From assembly GCA_963815195.1 (NCBI GenBank), contig CAWFGE010000012.1, positions 785,220-849,219 of the forward strand: a DNA stretch of 64,000 nt, written 5' to 3'. The position numbers were made by a program, and so were the translations under genes. Source of the DNA: an uncultured Planctomycetaceae bacterium. GTDB lineage: Bacteria > Planctomycetota > Planctomycetia > Planctomycetales > Planctomycetaceae. The notes beneath the pieces are model-generated. The model was not told the origin of the DNA and searched no databases. It saw nothing but the letters and a program-made list of their open reading frames with translations. Below, in pieces: positions 52,229-62,012 of the stretch. Numbering within the stretch: the first letter of the stretch is position 1; each line of letters begins with the position of its first letter.

Positions 52229-53335
52229 GTGAGCGACAAAGTGCGGATTGGAATTGTTGGGGCCGGGGCGGTTTCGGATTATCACCATGTGCCGGGGATT
52301 CGAATCGATTCCCGCTGCGAGTTGGTGTCGGTGTGTGATCCGAACGAAGCTTTGCTCGAACAACGCCAAAAGGATTGGGGGCCGACGAAGAAGACGACCA
52401 AATACGAAGAGGTCGCAGAAGACCCCGACGTGGACGCGGTGATCGTCGCCACCCCGAACTTCACGCATCTGCCGATCAGCATGGCGTGCATCAACAACGG
52501 CAAGCACGTGATGTGCGAAAAACCGTTAGGGCTGAACTATCACGAATCTTTCAAGATGTACCACGCCGCGAAGGAGAAGGGCGTCCGGCACATGACGGCA
52601 TTTACCTACCGCTTTGCCCCGTCGATGCGGTATGTCCGGCATCTGGTGAAGACGGGAGCCCTCGGGACGCCCCGGCATTTTCGCAGCCAGCGGTTTTTGG
52701 AATGGCCCGAAACGAGCTGGGGCTGGCGGCAATACAAAAAGACCGCCGGGGCCGGGGACTTGTTCGACATGACGATCCACCGCATCGACTTCGCCCAGGA
52801 TCTGATGGGCCAAATCAAAAGCGTCTGCGGAGCCGTCGCCCAGTTCGTGCCCCGCGACAAAACCGCCGACGGCCAGCCCTGCGAGCCGTCCGAAGTGGAC
52901 GACTGGTCTTCCCTGATCGGCATGTTCGAAAGCGGGGCCGTCGGCGTCTGGGAAGGCAGCACGCTGATGAAGGGCTATCACAACGACGGCTTCGGCTACG
53001 AATGGGCCGAGGTCAATGGCAGCGAAGGCTCGGCCGCGTATCAACTCACCGATCCCAACAACGTCATGGTCGGCCTGGGCGGGAAACCGATGCAGAAGCA
53101 ACCGGTGCCCGACGAGTTCCTTGTGATCCCCGGCAGTCCCCGCCCGCCGCACGAAGGCGTGCCGAGCACGGTGTTCCGCTACGACCTGGTGTACGAGTTC
53201 GTCTCGGCGATTGTGGAAGGCCGGGACGCGGTGCCCGGTTTCGACCACGGCGCGAGCGCCCAAGCCGTCGCCGACGCCGTCCTGGAGTCGTTCGATCAAA
53301 AACGGTGGATCGATTTGGAGACGATGCTGAGTTAA
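52229..53335 (+). CDS. Gfo/Idh/MocA-family oxidoreductase
   Basis: VRIGIVGAGAVSDYH (Rossmann), VMCEKPL, and C-terminal alpha/beta domain. GTG start at 52229. Confidence 0.88.
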   Translation: MSDKVRIGIVGAGAVSDYHHVPGIRIDSRCELVSVCDPNEALLEQRQKDWGPTKKTTKYEEVAEDPDVDAVIVATPNFTHLPISMACINNGKHVMCEKPLGLNYHESFKMYHAAKEKGVRHMTAFTYRFAPSMRYVRHLVKTGALGTPRHFRSQRFLEWPETSWGWRQYKKTAGAGDLFDMTIHRIDFAQDLMGQIKSVCGAVAQFVPRDKTADGQPCEPSEVDDWSSLIGMFESGAVGVWEGSTLMKGYHNDGFGYEWAEVNGSEGSAAYQLTDPNNVMVGLGGKPMQKQPVPDEFLVIPGSPRPPHEGVPSTVFRYDLVYEFVSAIVEGRDAVPGFDHGASAQAVADAVLESFDQKRWIDLETMLS

Positions 53336-53377
53336 AATGACGGTCACTTATGGAGATCCCTCGCGCGAGGCCGTCCC

Positions 53378-54841
53378 ATGTCATTGACTTCCCAAAACCG
53401 CAGGGCACGGTCCATCAAGGCGGCGATTTTTGCCTGCTTGGCGATCGTTTTTGCGCTCGACCTGGTCGTGCCGATCGGGAACGCCGTCGGTGTGCCTTAT
53501 GTGGCGGTCATTCTGCTCACGCTCTGGCTGCCCGACCGCAAGAGCATATTCCGCACCGCCGCGCTGATTACCGTGTTGGCGACGATCGGATTTTTCTCAC
53601 CGCCGCCGGAAGGCCCGCTGTTTTCGCTGGCCCTCAAGAACCGCTTGATTGCAATGGGCGTCGTGTGGATCACCGCGGTCTGGGGCAACATGCTCCTCAA
53701 AGAGCAGGATGCCACCCGGAAGGAGCGGGACTTTAGCGAGAGCCTCGTGGAGACGGCCTCGTCCATCATTCTGCTGTTGGACACCGAGGCCCGGATTCTG
53801 TTTTTCAACCGCAGCACAGCCGACTGCCTGGGCTACCTGCTCGAGGAAGTCGGGGGCCGGGACTGGTTTGAAACCTGCGTTCCCGAACCGGAACGGCAGC
53901 GGGCTCGCCGGCTGTTTCGGCAAAGCGTGGACGAAGGGGCCGGGCGGGACAGCCAGTTTTCGGTGCTCACGCGCGACGGCCGGCTTTTTCAGTTTTCCTG
54001 GTCGTCCAAGCCGATGCGGGACGCGGATCTCGAAGTCGCGCAGGTGTTGTACGTCGGCCAGGACATCACGTCCCTTTTGGACGCCCAACAGCGGCTCGTG
54101 GCCACGGAACGGCTCGCCGCGATCGGCCAAACGATCGCCGCTGTCTCCCACGAGACCCGCAACGAACTCCACGTCCTCAAGATCGGATTGGAGATGCTTT
54201 CGGCGGCGGTTGGCGACCCCAAGTTTCAGCAAATCCTCGGACATATGCAAAACAGCCAAGTGCGGTTGCAACGTCTGCTCGAAGATCTGAGGCACTTCGC
54301 CGGGCCCTTGCATCTCGAACGCTCGGTCGTTTCGCTGAACGACATTTGGCAAAAAGCCTGGTCCAGCCTGGCCGCGGTGCGCGAAGGCCGCGATGTCGAA
54401 ATGGAAGAGACCATCCGCTGCCCGCTGCTCCAATGTTCGGTCGATGCCCTCCGGATCGAGCAGGTGTTTCGCAACCTGTTCGAGAACTCGCTGGCGGCGC
54501 GCTCCGATCCCGTGTGGATCGAAGTCGCCGCTTCGACCAGTCTTTATGACGGCAAACAATTCCTCGAAGTCTCCGTCCGCGACAACGGACCCGGCCTTTC
54601 CCCCGAAGCGAAACAGAAAGTCTTCGAACCGTTCTACACCACCAAGCAACAAGGCACCGGCTTGGGGATGGCCATCAGCAAACGGATCCTGGAAGCCCAC
54701 GGCGGCGATTTGAGCCTCGGCCATCCCAAAGCCGGCGGTGCCCAGTTCATCCTCCAACTCCCGCTCTCCGAACCGGCGCCCGAACCGGCACCCGCCCCGC
54801 ACAATTCGCGAAACGAATCGGAGAACCTCACCGTCCATTAG
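53378..54841 (+). CDS. Membrane-anchored PAS sensor histidine kinase
   Basis: N-terminal TM helices, a PAS region (SIILLLDTEARILFFNRSTADCLGY), H-box AAVSHETRNEL, and N/G boxes (FRNLFENS, DNGPGL, GTGLGMAISKRILEAHGG). No response regulator is adjacent. Confidence 0.88.
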   Translation: MSLTSQNRRARSIKAAIFACLAIVFALDLVVPIGNAVGVPYVAVILLTLWLPDRKSIFRTAALITVLATIGFFSPPPEGPLFSLALKNRLIAMGVVWITAVWGNMLLKEQDATRKERDFSESLVETASSIILLLDTEARILFFNRSTADCLGYLLEEVGGRDWFETCVPEPERQRARRLFRQSVDEGAGRDSQFSVLTRDGRLFQFSWSSKPMRDADLEVAQVLYVGQDITSLLDAQQRLVATERLAAIGQTIAAVSHETRNELHVLKIGLEMLSAAVGDPKFQQILGHMQNSQVRLQRLLEDLRHFAGPLHLERSVVSLNDIWQKAWSSLAAVREGRDVEMEETIRCPLLQCSVDALRIEQVFRNLFENSLAARSDPVWIEVAASTSLYDGKQFLEVSVRDNGPGLSPEAKQKVFEPFYTTKQQGTGLGMAISKRILEAHGGDLSLGHPKAGGAQFILQLPLSEPAPEPAPAPHNSRNESENLTVH

Positions 54842-54970
54842 CCAAGCTGTCATCGACAAGGATTGGAACCGCGGATGACGCGGATTCTCGCGGATGTCCA
54901 AGGGAAAAATTGAAACCACAAAATCAGGGCGGCAGACCGCAGCAGCCAAAGCCTCATATGATTCTGTTCC

Positions 54971-55306
54971 TCATGATTTTCTGATCTCTGGATCGCCCCT
55001 GTCGCAAACGCCAAACTCCGCCCACGTAAAGCTCGGCGGTTGATGCAAACTTCCCGGCTGGACGATCAACGTCGCCGGGCCGCGCGGCGTGATGCAATCG
55101 AAGACAACCTGGGGGCCATGTTCCGTTTGGACTTCCCGGCGGGAAAGAACTTCGATCCGCTCGCCGCGCCAAACCGTGACCGAGGGCGGTTCGAGCGACA
55201 GCCAAAACGCATCGCTGGGCGAAGCGCGAACCGCATCCGTCCGGAGCCAGGCCTCCAAGAGCGATCGCAGACGGCTCCAAATCCCGCCGAGTCCCTTACG
55301 CCTCAT
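54971..55306 (-). CDS. Small hypothetical protein overlapping the 3' end of pspA
   Basis: ATG at 55306, 111 aa (MRRKGLGGIWSRLRSLLEAWL...). Overlaps the PspA stop codon region by 11 nt. GC3-rich. No recognisable family. Confidence 0.45.
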   Translation of the reverse strand: MRRKGLGGIWSRLRSLLEAWLRTDAVRASPSDAFWLSLEPPSVTVWRGERIEVLSRREVQTEHGPQVVFDCITPRGPATLIVQPGSLHQPPSFTWAEFGVCDRGDPEIRKS

Positions 55307-55976
55307 CGGTTTCGACGCGGCGTTTGAGTTCTTCAAATTCCCGCTCCAGTTGCTCTTTGCGTTCTTGTTCCGCCAGACGTTTGCGTTCCTCGGTTTTCGC
55401 GTCGCGGGCCTCCAATCGTTCAAAGGCCTGGCAGAGGGATTCGGCTTGTTCCACCTGTTGTTCGAGTTGATGAAACTGCGCGGCCGCCGACGGGCCCGTC
55501 GTGAACTCCAGCGCCCGGCTGATTTGCTCGGCCGTCTCCGCGCGGACCATTCTCGCGAGCAGCAGCCTTTGTTTGTGGCGGGCCTGCAGAATCTTATCTT
55601 CCAGATCGCGAAACGCCTCTTGCAATTTGCGGGTTTGCTCGCGCTGGGTCTCGTAAACCGCCACGAGCATTCCGAGCCGCTCTTCCACCGTCTGCTTTTG
55701 CTGGAGCGCGGACCGGGCCCCGGCTTCATCCCCGCTCTTGAGCCGACTCGCCGATTCGTTCATGCAGCGGTCAACGGCGGCCCGCAGCTTTTCGACTTCC
55801 TTGCCCAATTGGATCTCGTCGCCGATGGCTTCCACCATAAACGAGCGGGCCAATTCCAATTCTTCTTCCATGTCGAGGATGAGTTGATGAAGCACGCGTT
55901 CGGGATCTTCGACCTTCTCGCGGAGCGTCGCAATCTGCGACCGCATGAGGAGCGTGAATGTATTCAACCAATTCAT
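55296..55976 (-). CDS. pspA: PspA/IM30 (phage shock protein A / Vipp1) family protein
   Basis: MNWLNTFTLLMRSQIATLREKVEDPERVLHQLILDMEEEL is the typical PspA N-terminus. The protein is a long coiled-coil throughout, 226 aa. Confidence 0.88.
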   Translation of the reverse strand: MNWLNTFTLLMRSQIATLREKVEDPERVLHQLILDMEEELELARSFMVEAIGDEIQLGKEVEKLRAAVDRCMNESASRLKSGDEAGARSALQQKQTVEERLGMLVAVYETQREQTRKLQEAFRDLEDKILQARHKQRLLLARMVRAETAEQISRALEFTTGPSAAAQFHQLEQQVEQAESLCQAFERLEARDAKTEERKRLAEQERKEQLEREFEELKRRVETDEA

Positions 55977-56052
55977 CGGATCGCCTTTCCTAGAGTGAAA
56001 CGCAAAATGTGAAAACCGAAATTGCAGAGAACAGGATTGGCTCTGGGCACCC

Positions 56053-59000
56053 TCATTCCCACGTCTCCAGCTTCGCGGCGAGGAGGCGGAGTCGCTGCAG
56101 GACTTCTTCGCGGTGCTTCTCGCAATAGGCGGCGAGGGAAATCACGGAGAGGCCCACGACAATCCCCGCGATCCACAACAGCGTCGGGTTGTCGATGCTG
56201 CCCCGCACAACCATCGCGAGCAAATCCCCCACGAGAAAACCCGTGCCCGTATACATGAGGGCCCGGATGCGAAGCCCCATTGCGGTCAAGGTGACGGCGA
56301 CCGAGGCGACCATCAGCGTGACCAGATGCAGCCAACTGCCGCCGACGATGTGAAACACCGGCGAGACGAGAATCACGAGCGCCCCCAGGTAGCGGAGCGG
56401 GTCGTGGGCTTTTTCGGGGATCTCCTCTTTCAAAAGCTGCACGAGCGCGAGGATGGAAATGCCCAGCGGGATCGCGAACAGTTGCGGATCGTGCCAATCG
56501 AGTTCCCGCCACAAGAGCACCAAGGCGACGTTCAAAATCCCCGCCGCGGCCAACAGCCACGATTTGCGCTGTTCTTCGATGCCCCGCCAGAAATAAAACC
56601 CGGACGCCAGCAACAACGCGAGGCTGTTCATGCCCAGCCAGAGCGAGTGCTCGACCGCAACATGCCGAACGATGCCCAGGCCCACCGTCACCGCGGGCAG
56701 GACGTACCCCGTCGACAACAGCGGCCGGGAAAGCACGTTCCATGTCTCGCGATTCGCGCAAAGATGGCCCAGGATCCACGCGGCCCAGCCCGTCACGAGC
56801 ACGGCATACAGGCTGAGGCCCGATCCCAGACGGATCACGCCGAACAAGAGCAGATAACCCACCATCGCGAGCGCTATCCCCTCCGCCGTCCACACAGGAG
56901 CCTCGTCCTGATTGCGAAGGGCCTCGCGAATCTGGTCTGCGATCAAAAGCTGAAACACGGCCGCGGCGAAGAAGACTTCCGCCCAGTTCAAGCCGGCGGG
57001 GAGCAATCTGAAACTCATCGCCAGGCCGAAACACGCGACACCCAGCAGCATCAGCCGGTGAAAGCTGACGAACTCGCCGAGCGAATCGTTCTCGCGGCGG
57101 GCCGGCAGATTCCAAACCAGCCGGCTCGCGGCGGCTCCCAAAGCCAACGGCAGCGACAAGGCGACCAGGGCTGCTTGATTTAACTGAAAGATCGAAGAAA
57201 CGTCCGGCACCGCGAGCTGAATCAGTCCGCACAACAACTGCCAGTTGCCGAGCGCCAAGGCGACGTGACGCAGCGCGGCGTTTTGCCAACCGCCGGCCAG
57301 CCAGAACAACCCCGCAAGCGAAATCAAACCGGCCAGCCGGGATTGAAGGAGAAACACCGGCAGCGTCGCCACGGCCAGCACGACGAACAACACCATCGCG
57401 CATCGGCCCAACGGTTCCGCGATATAATGGCGGAATTTCTGAACGGGTTCTCCGGTCTCGTCGACTTCCACGAGCCAGGTCCACTCAAGCGGGCGGGGGA
57501 CGAAAGGCACGGCCAGCAATCCCACCGCGGCCCAGATCAGCGGGAGCCAGGAATAGGCGTCGTACGACGGCGTCCAGAACGTCACCGCAGCCGCGGCCGT
57601 CAATCCCAGAACGCCGGCACAACCGACATACGTCCAAAACGAAGACCGCAGCCGGCGGGCGGCGTCAAAGGCCCAGGCAATGGAAACCAGCGAACTGCTC
57701 CACCAAAACCCCGCCGGCGGATGGACGATCGCCATCCCGAACCGCGGCAGGTAGAACAGAATCAATCCCACCGCCAACACGCCGCCGGACACCCGCTCGC
57801 TCGCGGAACCGAAAGCTTTCGAGACTCGGCCCACGGCAAACCGTTTCAGCAGAATGGACACGATCCAAAGCGCGCCGGCGATCAGCGTGCCCGCGGAAAG
57901 AATGGCGGCTTCGGCCACTCCCAAACCGCGGGCGATCAGCACGGCATACAGGCCGGCGAACAGCAGGGCCAAAATGCTCAAGGACTCTTGGCACCAGCGA
58001 TACGCATGCGTCAACAGCAAGCCGCACAGGCACGCCCCCGACATCCACGGCAGGTGGTCCGCGGGAAAACTGCTCCATTGCCGCGTCCAGACGAGGCACA
58101 ACATCCCGGTGAGCAAAAGACTCGCCGCGTCGCCGATCGCGTAAGGATGCGAAGAGGTGAGTTTGTCATCGCCCGCAGGCGCGGCCGGCCGCAAAAATCG
58201 ATCGGGCAACAACAACAGCGCTGCGGAGAGGCTCATCACGAAGAGCGACGTTTCGGGGGTGATCGCCCAATGCAGCACGTGCTCTAAAAACGGCGTGAGA
58301 CCGAAGCTCATCGTTAGCCAGGCCGCGACCAGACCGAACCGCAGCCGGGGTTCGCGGAACGCGAGCATCTGCAAGCCGATCATTGCCAGCGACGCCAGCC
58401 CCACCGGGAAGATCGCCTTGATGTGGGTAAAGGACACCGCCCACAGCACCGCGGTCACGCCCATGACGAACGCTTGCGTCGGGCGGGCGAATAACTCCTG
58501 CCCGCGCTTCCGGCAAATCACCGCAACCAACGTGGCGGCGATGAGCAGCGGCAAGTAGGTCAGTCCATAAAATGCGATCGGCAACCGGGATTCGGACACC
58601 GCCGCCGCCCCGCGGTGCACCACGGTTCTCGCCAGTTCCTGAAAGAACACCGGCGTCGCCTGATAGCAGAGCACAACGCCGACCCACATCGCCCATACAA
58701 AGCCGGGATGTTTCGTCCGCCGGGCCACCTGCAGAAAGACCGCCGCGGCGAGGAGTGCCGTCGGGACCGCGGCGGGAGAATGCGGAAACTCCAACCACGA
58801 CAGAACGACGCCGGCGATGGACAATCCCATTCCCACCAAAAGCGGAATCACCAAGCTCCAAGGCAGCGGCCGGACCAGATTTCCGGTGCGATTCGCGAAC
58901 ACGTCCGCCAAGGCGTCGGCCGTCATCAACACGGGAACGGCGGTGAGCACCAGCCCAAAGCCGATCCAAGGCAGCGGCACGCCCGGAGCCAAAACCGCGA

Positions 59001-59679
59001 ACAACGTGAGGAACTGCGTGCCCAACAGCAGGATCGGAAAGAACCCAAAAATCCGCGGCAGCCGATGTTCTTCGCCCAGCCAAAACACGTGCCGGCTGAC
59101 TTTGATCGTCCCCGCCGCGAACACGGCCCAGAGAATCAAGGCGGCGGGGATCGCGAATGTGCTGGGGAGGTCCGGGACAATGGCTCCCGCGAGGCTCAGG
59201 GCCAGATAGCTCGCGAGAAACGTGGGCTGATCCTGCCGGAGAAAATGCCGGAGGATCCGCCGCCCCGCGACCGCCGCGAATGCCGTGTTCGCGATAAGCA
59301 ATCCCACGATGCCCGCGAGATGGCCCATGCCGCCGCCGTGCACCGCGCGGACGGCGAAAAACGAGATGGGAATCAACAGCACCGTCATCGCCCACAGGCT
59401 CGTGCCGGTCCGCCGGAGTCCCAACTGCCGATAGGCGATTTCCCCCACCACGTACAAAAGCGAGGTGTAGCCCATCACCACAAGGGATTTCCAAAGAGGC
59501 GTGTAGTCCTGCCAATGGCTGGTGACGAGCATCAAGGACGACGCCAGCAAAATCAGCCCGCCGAGCCCGAGCATCCACTTGATGTTCTTTTCCTGGAGAA
59601 ACGTGTCGAAAAAAAGCAGCCAACCGCTGCGGGGCGGCAGGTCGGCGGGCAATGGGGTTTCGGTCGAGTCAGCGTGCAT
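56053..59679 (-). CDS. Very large polytopic integral membrane protein (1208 aa), function unknown
   Basis: Uninterrupted ORF consisting almost entirely of hydrophobic helices separated by short loops, with a short charged C-terminal helix (EKHREEVLQRLRLLAAKLETWE). It ends 76 nt upstream of pspA on the same strand. Confidence 0.75.
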   Translation of the reverse strand: MHADSTETPLPADLPPRSGWLLFFDTFLQEKNIKWMLGLGGLILLASSLMLVTSHWQDYTPLWKSLVVMGYTSLLYVVGEIAYRQLGLRRTGTSLWAMTVLLIPISFFAVRAVHGGGMGHLAGIVGLLIANTAFAAVAGRRILRHFLRQDQPTFLASYLALSLAGAIVPDLPSTFAIPAALILWAVFAAGTIKVSRHVFWLGEEHRLPRIFGFFPILLLGTQFLTLFAVLAPGVPLPWIGFGLVLTAVPVLMTADALADVFANRTGNLVRPLPWSLVIPLLVGMGLSIAGVVLSWLEFPHSPAAVPTALLAAAVFLQVARRTKHPGFVWAMWVGVVLCYQATPVFFQELARTVVHRGAAAVSESRLPIAFYGLTYLPLLIAATLVAVICRKRGQELFARPTQAFVMGVTAVLWAVSFTHIKAIFPVGLASLAMIGLQMLAFREPRLRFGLVAAWLTMSFGLTPFLEHVLHWAITPETSLFVMSLSAALLLLPDRFLRPAAPAGDDKLTSSHPYAIGDAASLLLTGMLCLVWTRQWSSFPADHLPWMSGACLCGLLLTHAYRWCQESLSILALLFAGLYAVLIARGLGVAEAAILSAGTLIAGALWIVSILLKRFAVGRVSKAFGSASERVSGGVLAVGLILFYLPRFGMAIVHPPAGFWWSSSLVSIAWAFDAARRLRSSFWTYVGCAGVLGLTAAAAVTFWTPSYDAYSWLPLIWAAVGLLAVPFVPRPLEWTWLVEVDETGEPVQKFRHYIAEPLGRCAMVLFVVLAVATLPVFLLQSRLAGLISLAGLFWLAGGWQNAALRHVALALGNWQLLCGLIQLAVPDVSSIFQLNQAALVALSLPLALGAAASRLVWNLPARRENDSLGEFVSFHRLMLLGVACFGLAMSFRLLPAGLNWAEVFFAAAVFQLLIADQIREALRNQDEAPVWTAEGIALAMVGYLLLFGVIRLGSGLSLYAVLVTGWAAWILGHLCANRETWNVLSRPLLSTGYVLPAVTVGLGIVRHVAVEHSLWLGMNSLALLLASGFYFWRGIEEQRKSWLLAAAGILNVALVLLWRELDWHDPQLFAIPLGISILALVQLLKEEIPEKAHDPLRYLGALVILVSPVFHIVGGSWLHLVTLMVASVAVTLTAMGLRIRALMYTGTGFLVGDLLAMVVRGSIDNPTLLWIAGIVVGLSVISLAAYCEKHREEVLQRLRLLAAKLETWE

Positions 59680-59875
59680 GGGCAGCTCCCAGGTCTTCCA
59701 ATGGCGATGTTTTCGAATGGCTGTTTCTTATGGGGGCGCGAACGCGAAACCGCGTGTCACGCCGTTTTTCGGCAGATTTCCCAAAAAATGGAATTTTCCG
59801 GCCGGCCATTTCTCCGGAAGTCTTCTTAAAACCCGTGAATTTCGGCCGGGAACCCGGTATCATCGGGAAAGTTTG

Positions 59876-61114
59876 ATGAGAATCCGCAAACCCCTCGGGA
59901 GGCGACAGATGGCTCGCATGTTGTGGACGACTTGTGTTCTGGCGCTAATCAGTGCGGGACGTCTTCAAGCGGAGAACTTCCCCGCCTTTCGGCACCAGGT
60001 GATCGATCCCTACTGCGGCGACATCTGTTACGCCGTGACCCTGGCCGATGTGGACGGCGACAAGCGGCAGGACATCGTCGCCGTCACCGAGAACCGCGTG
60101 CTTTGGTATCAGGCCCCGGATTGGAAAAAGCGGATCATCATCGAGAACCAAACCACGCGGGACAACGTCTGCATCGCCCCTTACGACATCGACGGCGACG
60201 GGAAAATCGACTTCGCCTTGGGGTCCGGCTGGACAAAGGTCGGCACGATTCAATGGCTCTCGCGCGGCGAATCGTTGGACGACAAATGGAACGTGCATTT
60301 CATCGGCGAAGAGCGCTGGCTGCACCGCATGCGGTTCGGAGATGTCCAAGGCCTAGGCAAGCCGCAGTTGGTCGTCTCTCCGCTCAATGCCACAGAGGGC
60401 AAAGGCGTGCGGCTGACCGCGTTCGCCATCCCCAAAAATCCCCAAAAGGACGCCTGGCCCCGCATGGTGTTGGATTCCAAACTCAACCGCATGCACAACC
60501 ACTGGCACGCCGATTTGGACGACGACGGCAGCACCGATACCTTCACCGCCAGCCAGGAGGGCGTGTTTTGGATCCGGCGGAACGGCAAAGGGTTCCAAAA
60601 GACCAAGATCGGGTCCGGCATGGACCAACCAAACGCCAGCGGAGCGGGGGAAGTCAAAATCGGCCGCCTGAAATCCGGCCGGCGGTTCCTGGCAACGGTC
60701 GAACCCATGCACGGCACGAGCCTCGTGATTTACCTGGAACCTAAAGCCGGCGGCCTCCGCCAGGAATGGAGCCGGCAGGTGCTCGACGGCACGCTCAACC
60801 GCGGGCACGCCCTGTGGACGGCCGACCTGGACGGCGACCAATGCGACGAAATCGTCATCGGGCACAGCGACAAAGGCACGGGAGAAGTCCAGGGTCCGGG
60901 CGTGTATGTGTTTGATTGCGAGGACGCCCAGGCCTCGAAATGGAAGAAGCACATCATTGACGATGGAGGCGTCGCCACGGAAGACGCGATCGCGGCGGAC
61001 CTCACGGGCGACGGCCGCATCGACATCGTCGCCGGCGGCCGGGCCACGCACAACATTAAGCTCTACATCAACCTGGGCCCCGCGACGTCTGCGAAGCGAG
61101 CCCCCACACGATAA
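59876..61114 (+). CDS. Secreted FG-GAP/VCBS repeat protein
   Basis: ATG at 59876 with signal peptide (MLWTTCVLALISAGRLQA). Repeated Ca-binding-like loops are present: DVDGDKRQDIV, DIDGDGKIDF, DLDDDGSTD, DLDGDQCDEIV, DLTGDGRIDIV. Confidence 0.8.
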   Translation: MRIRKPLGRRQMARMLWTTCVLALISAGRLQAENFPAFRHQVIDPYCGDICYAVTLADVDGDKRQDIVAVTENRVLWYQAPDWKKRIIIENQTTRDNVCIAPYDIDGDGKIDFALGSGWTKVGTIQWLSRGESLDDKWNVHFIGEERWLHRMRFGDVQGLGKPQLVVSPLNATEGKGVRLTAFAIPKNPQKDAWPRMVLDSKLNRMHNHWHADLDDDGSTDTFTASQEGVFWIRRNGKGFQKTKIGSGMDQPNASGAGEVKIGRLKSGRRFLATVEPMHGTSLVIYLEPKAGGLRQEWSRQVLDGTLNRGHALWTADLDGDQCDEIVIGHSDKGTGEVQGPGVYVFDCEDAQASKWKKHIIDDGGVATEDAIAADLTGDGRIDIVAGGRATHNIKLYINLGPATSAKRAPTR

Positions 61115-61150
61115 GGATCGCCAAGAATATAATTTCAGGATTTGGGATCA

Positions 61151-61187
61151 CCAGGCGAGCGGGGGGCGTAAGCCCCCTGGTTTTGTT
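61151..61187 (+). terminator. Rho-independent terminator after the FG-GAP gene
   Basis: gggggc / gtaa / gccccc, extended by cca...tgg, followed by ttttgtt. The motif ggcgagcg-ggggcgtaagcccc also occurs (inverted) at 12269-12293. Confidence 0.65.
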
Positions 61188-61439
61188 AAATGGTTCAAAA
61201 ACTGAAGTTGTTTTCTTGGCGCTCCTGAGGGAGTGAGGATAGAGAATAGAGCATAGATTTCTTCCGCCACCCTCCATCCTCACTTCCATCGCATCTTAGA
61301 CTCAGACTTTTTGTCGAAGCCGCCGGGTTCGATGGCAAGGTGCGCTGGAATTCTGACACCCGACGTGTTATGAAATGCCCGTCGTTTCCGACAAATCGCA
61401 TTTGTCCAACTGGGTTATTTGGAAAGGGAGAACACAACC

Positions 61440-61937
61440 ATGTCGTTTCATGTCGGAGAAGCCCTCGCGGGCGAAGGCAACGAAGTCGCTCACATCGATC
61501 TCATCGTTGGCGAGAAAAACGGACCGGCCGGAATGGCGTTCGCGAACGCGTTGGCCAACCAAAGCAAAGGGCACAGCAATCTGCTCGCCGTCTTGAAAGA
61601 AAATCTCGCCGTCAAACCCTCCACGGTGATGATTACCAAAGTTTCCATCGAGGGGGCCAAACAAGCCGTGCAAATGTTTGGTCCGGCTCAATTTGCGGTG
61701 GCGAAAGCCGTTGCCGACGCTGTTGCGGAAGGCATCATTCCCAAGGATCAAACCGACAAACTGTGCATCGTCTGCGGCGTATTCATCCACTGGGAAGCGG
61801 AAGACAATAAGAAAATCTACGACTACAACTACGAAGCCACGAAAACGGCCCTCGCCCGCGCCATGAAGGATGAACCCACGGTTGATGAAGTCACCTCTCA
61901 AAAAGACACCGTCAAACATCCGTTCGCCGGCTTTTAG
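61440..61937 (+). CDS. fae: Formaldehyde-activating enzyme (H4MPT-dependent)
   Basis: MSFHVGEALAGEGNEVAHIDLIVG ... QAVQMFGPAQFAVAKAVADAVAEGIIP ... GVFIHWEAEDNKKIYDYNYEATK ... HPFA matches the Fae family along its full length. Confidence 0.9.
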   Translation: MSFHVGEALAGEGNEVAHIDLIVGEKNGPAGMAFANALANQSKGHSNLLAVLKENLAVKPSTVMITKVSIEGAKQAVQMFGPAQFAVAKAVADAVAEGIIPKDQTDKLCIVCGVFIHWEAEDNKKIYDYNYEATKTALARAMKDEPTVDEVTSQKDTVKHPFAGF

Positions 61938-62012
61938 AGATTGATCCGCCGTCCGCGGTCGGGCGTCAGTCGAGGCAACGGACCGCGGACCAGTTTTTCA
62001 ACTGACCAACCC

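Noticed and set aside
54954-55280. 108-aa minus-strand ORF downstream of pspA, as an alternative to the 111-aa ORF 54971-55306.
   Set aside because: The translation (…GGLAPDGCGSRFAQRCVLAVARTALGHGLARRADRSS…) looks like out-of-frame noise. The other frame has a proper ATG coupled to the pspA stop and more protein-like composition.
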